From contig NC_068985.1 of assembly GCF_001194135.2 (NCBI RefSeq), forward strand, positions 47,968,262 through 48,032,261: a stretch of 64,000 nt of DNA, in the 5' to 3' direction. A program made the position numbers and the translations under genes. This stretch comes from Octopus bimaculoides. Lineage: Eukaryota. Positions 63,943-64,000 of the stretch are shown piece after piece; positions within the stretch are counted from its first letter, which is position 1; every line of letters begins with the position of its first letter. Under the pieces are notes generated by a model that saw nothing but the letters and a program-made list of their open reading frames with translations, had not been told where the DNA came from and ran no database searches.

Positions 63943-64000
<58 letters not shown>

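Overview
AT-rich eukaryotic genomic DNA, dense in microsatellites and decayed transposable elements (TEs), with seven N gaps (~2.85 kb). It looks intronic or intergenic. The SINE families and microsatellite spectrum suggest an octopus genome, which is an inference I cannot verify here. No host protein-coding gene, rRNA, true tRNA or CRISPR array can be supported. Almost all entries in the ORF track are microsatellite or N-gap artefacts, or antisense shadows of TE relics. Recognisable relics: several R4/Dong-clade REL-endonuclease non-LTR retrotransposons (one near full length, one young 3' end inside TAA repeats), two Tx1-type L1s, an RTE RT fragment, CR1/Jockey-group RT and APE fragments, a CRE-clade C-terminus, a Penelope-like (PLE) RT, two mariner families, a Tc1 element and at least three SINE families. 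The most notable signal is a set of ORF-less repeats carrying minimal type I hammerhead ribozyme cores (CTGATGA..GAAAC-GTH). Two of them form a 110-bp inverted repeat whose two-arm consensus restores an intact ribozyme. Also notable: a composite mariner bounded by two left ends, a 71-nt pre-miRNA-like hairpin, and a ~630-bp interrupted (GAA)n tract. Most TE boundaries are approximate (+/- 10-30 bp).
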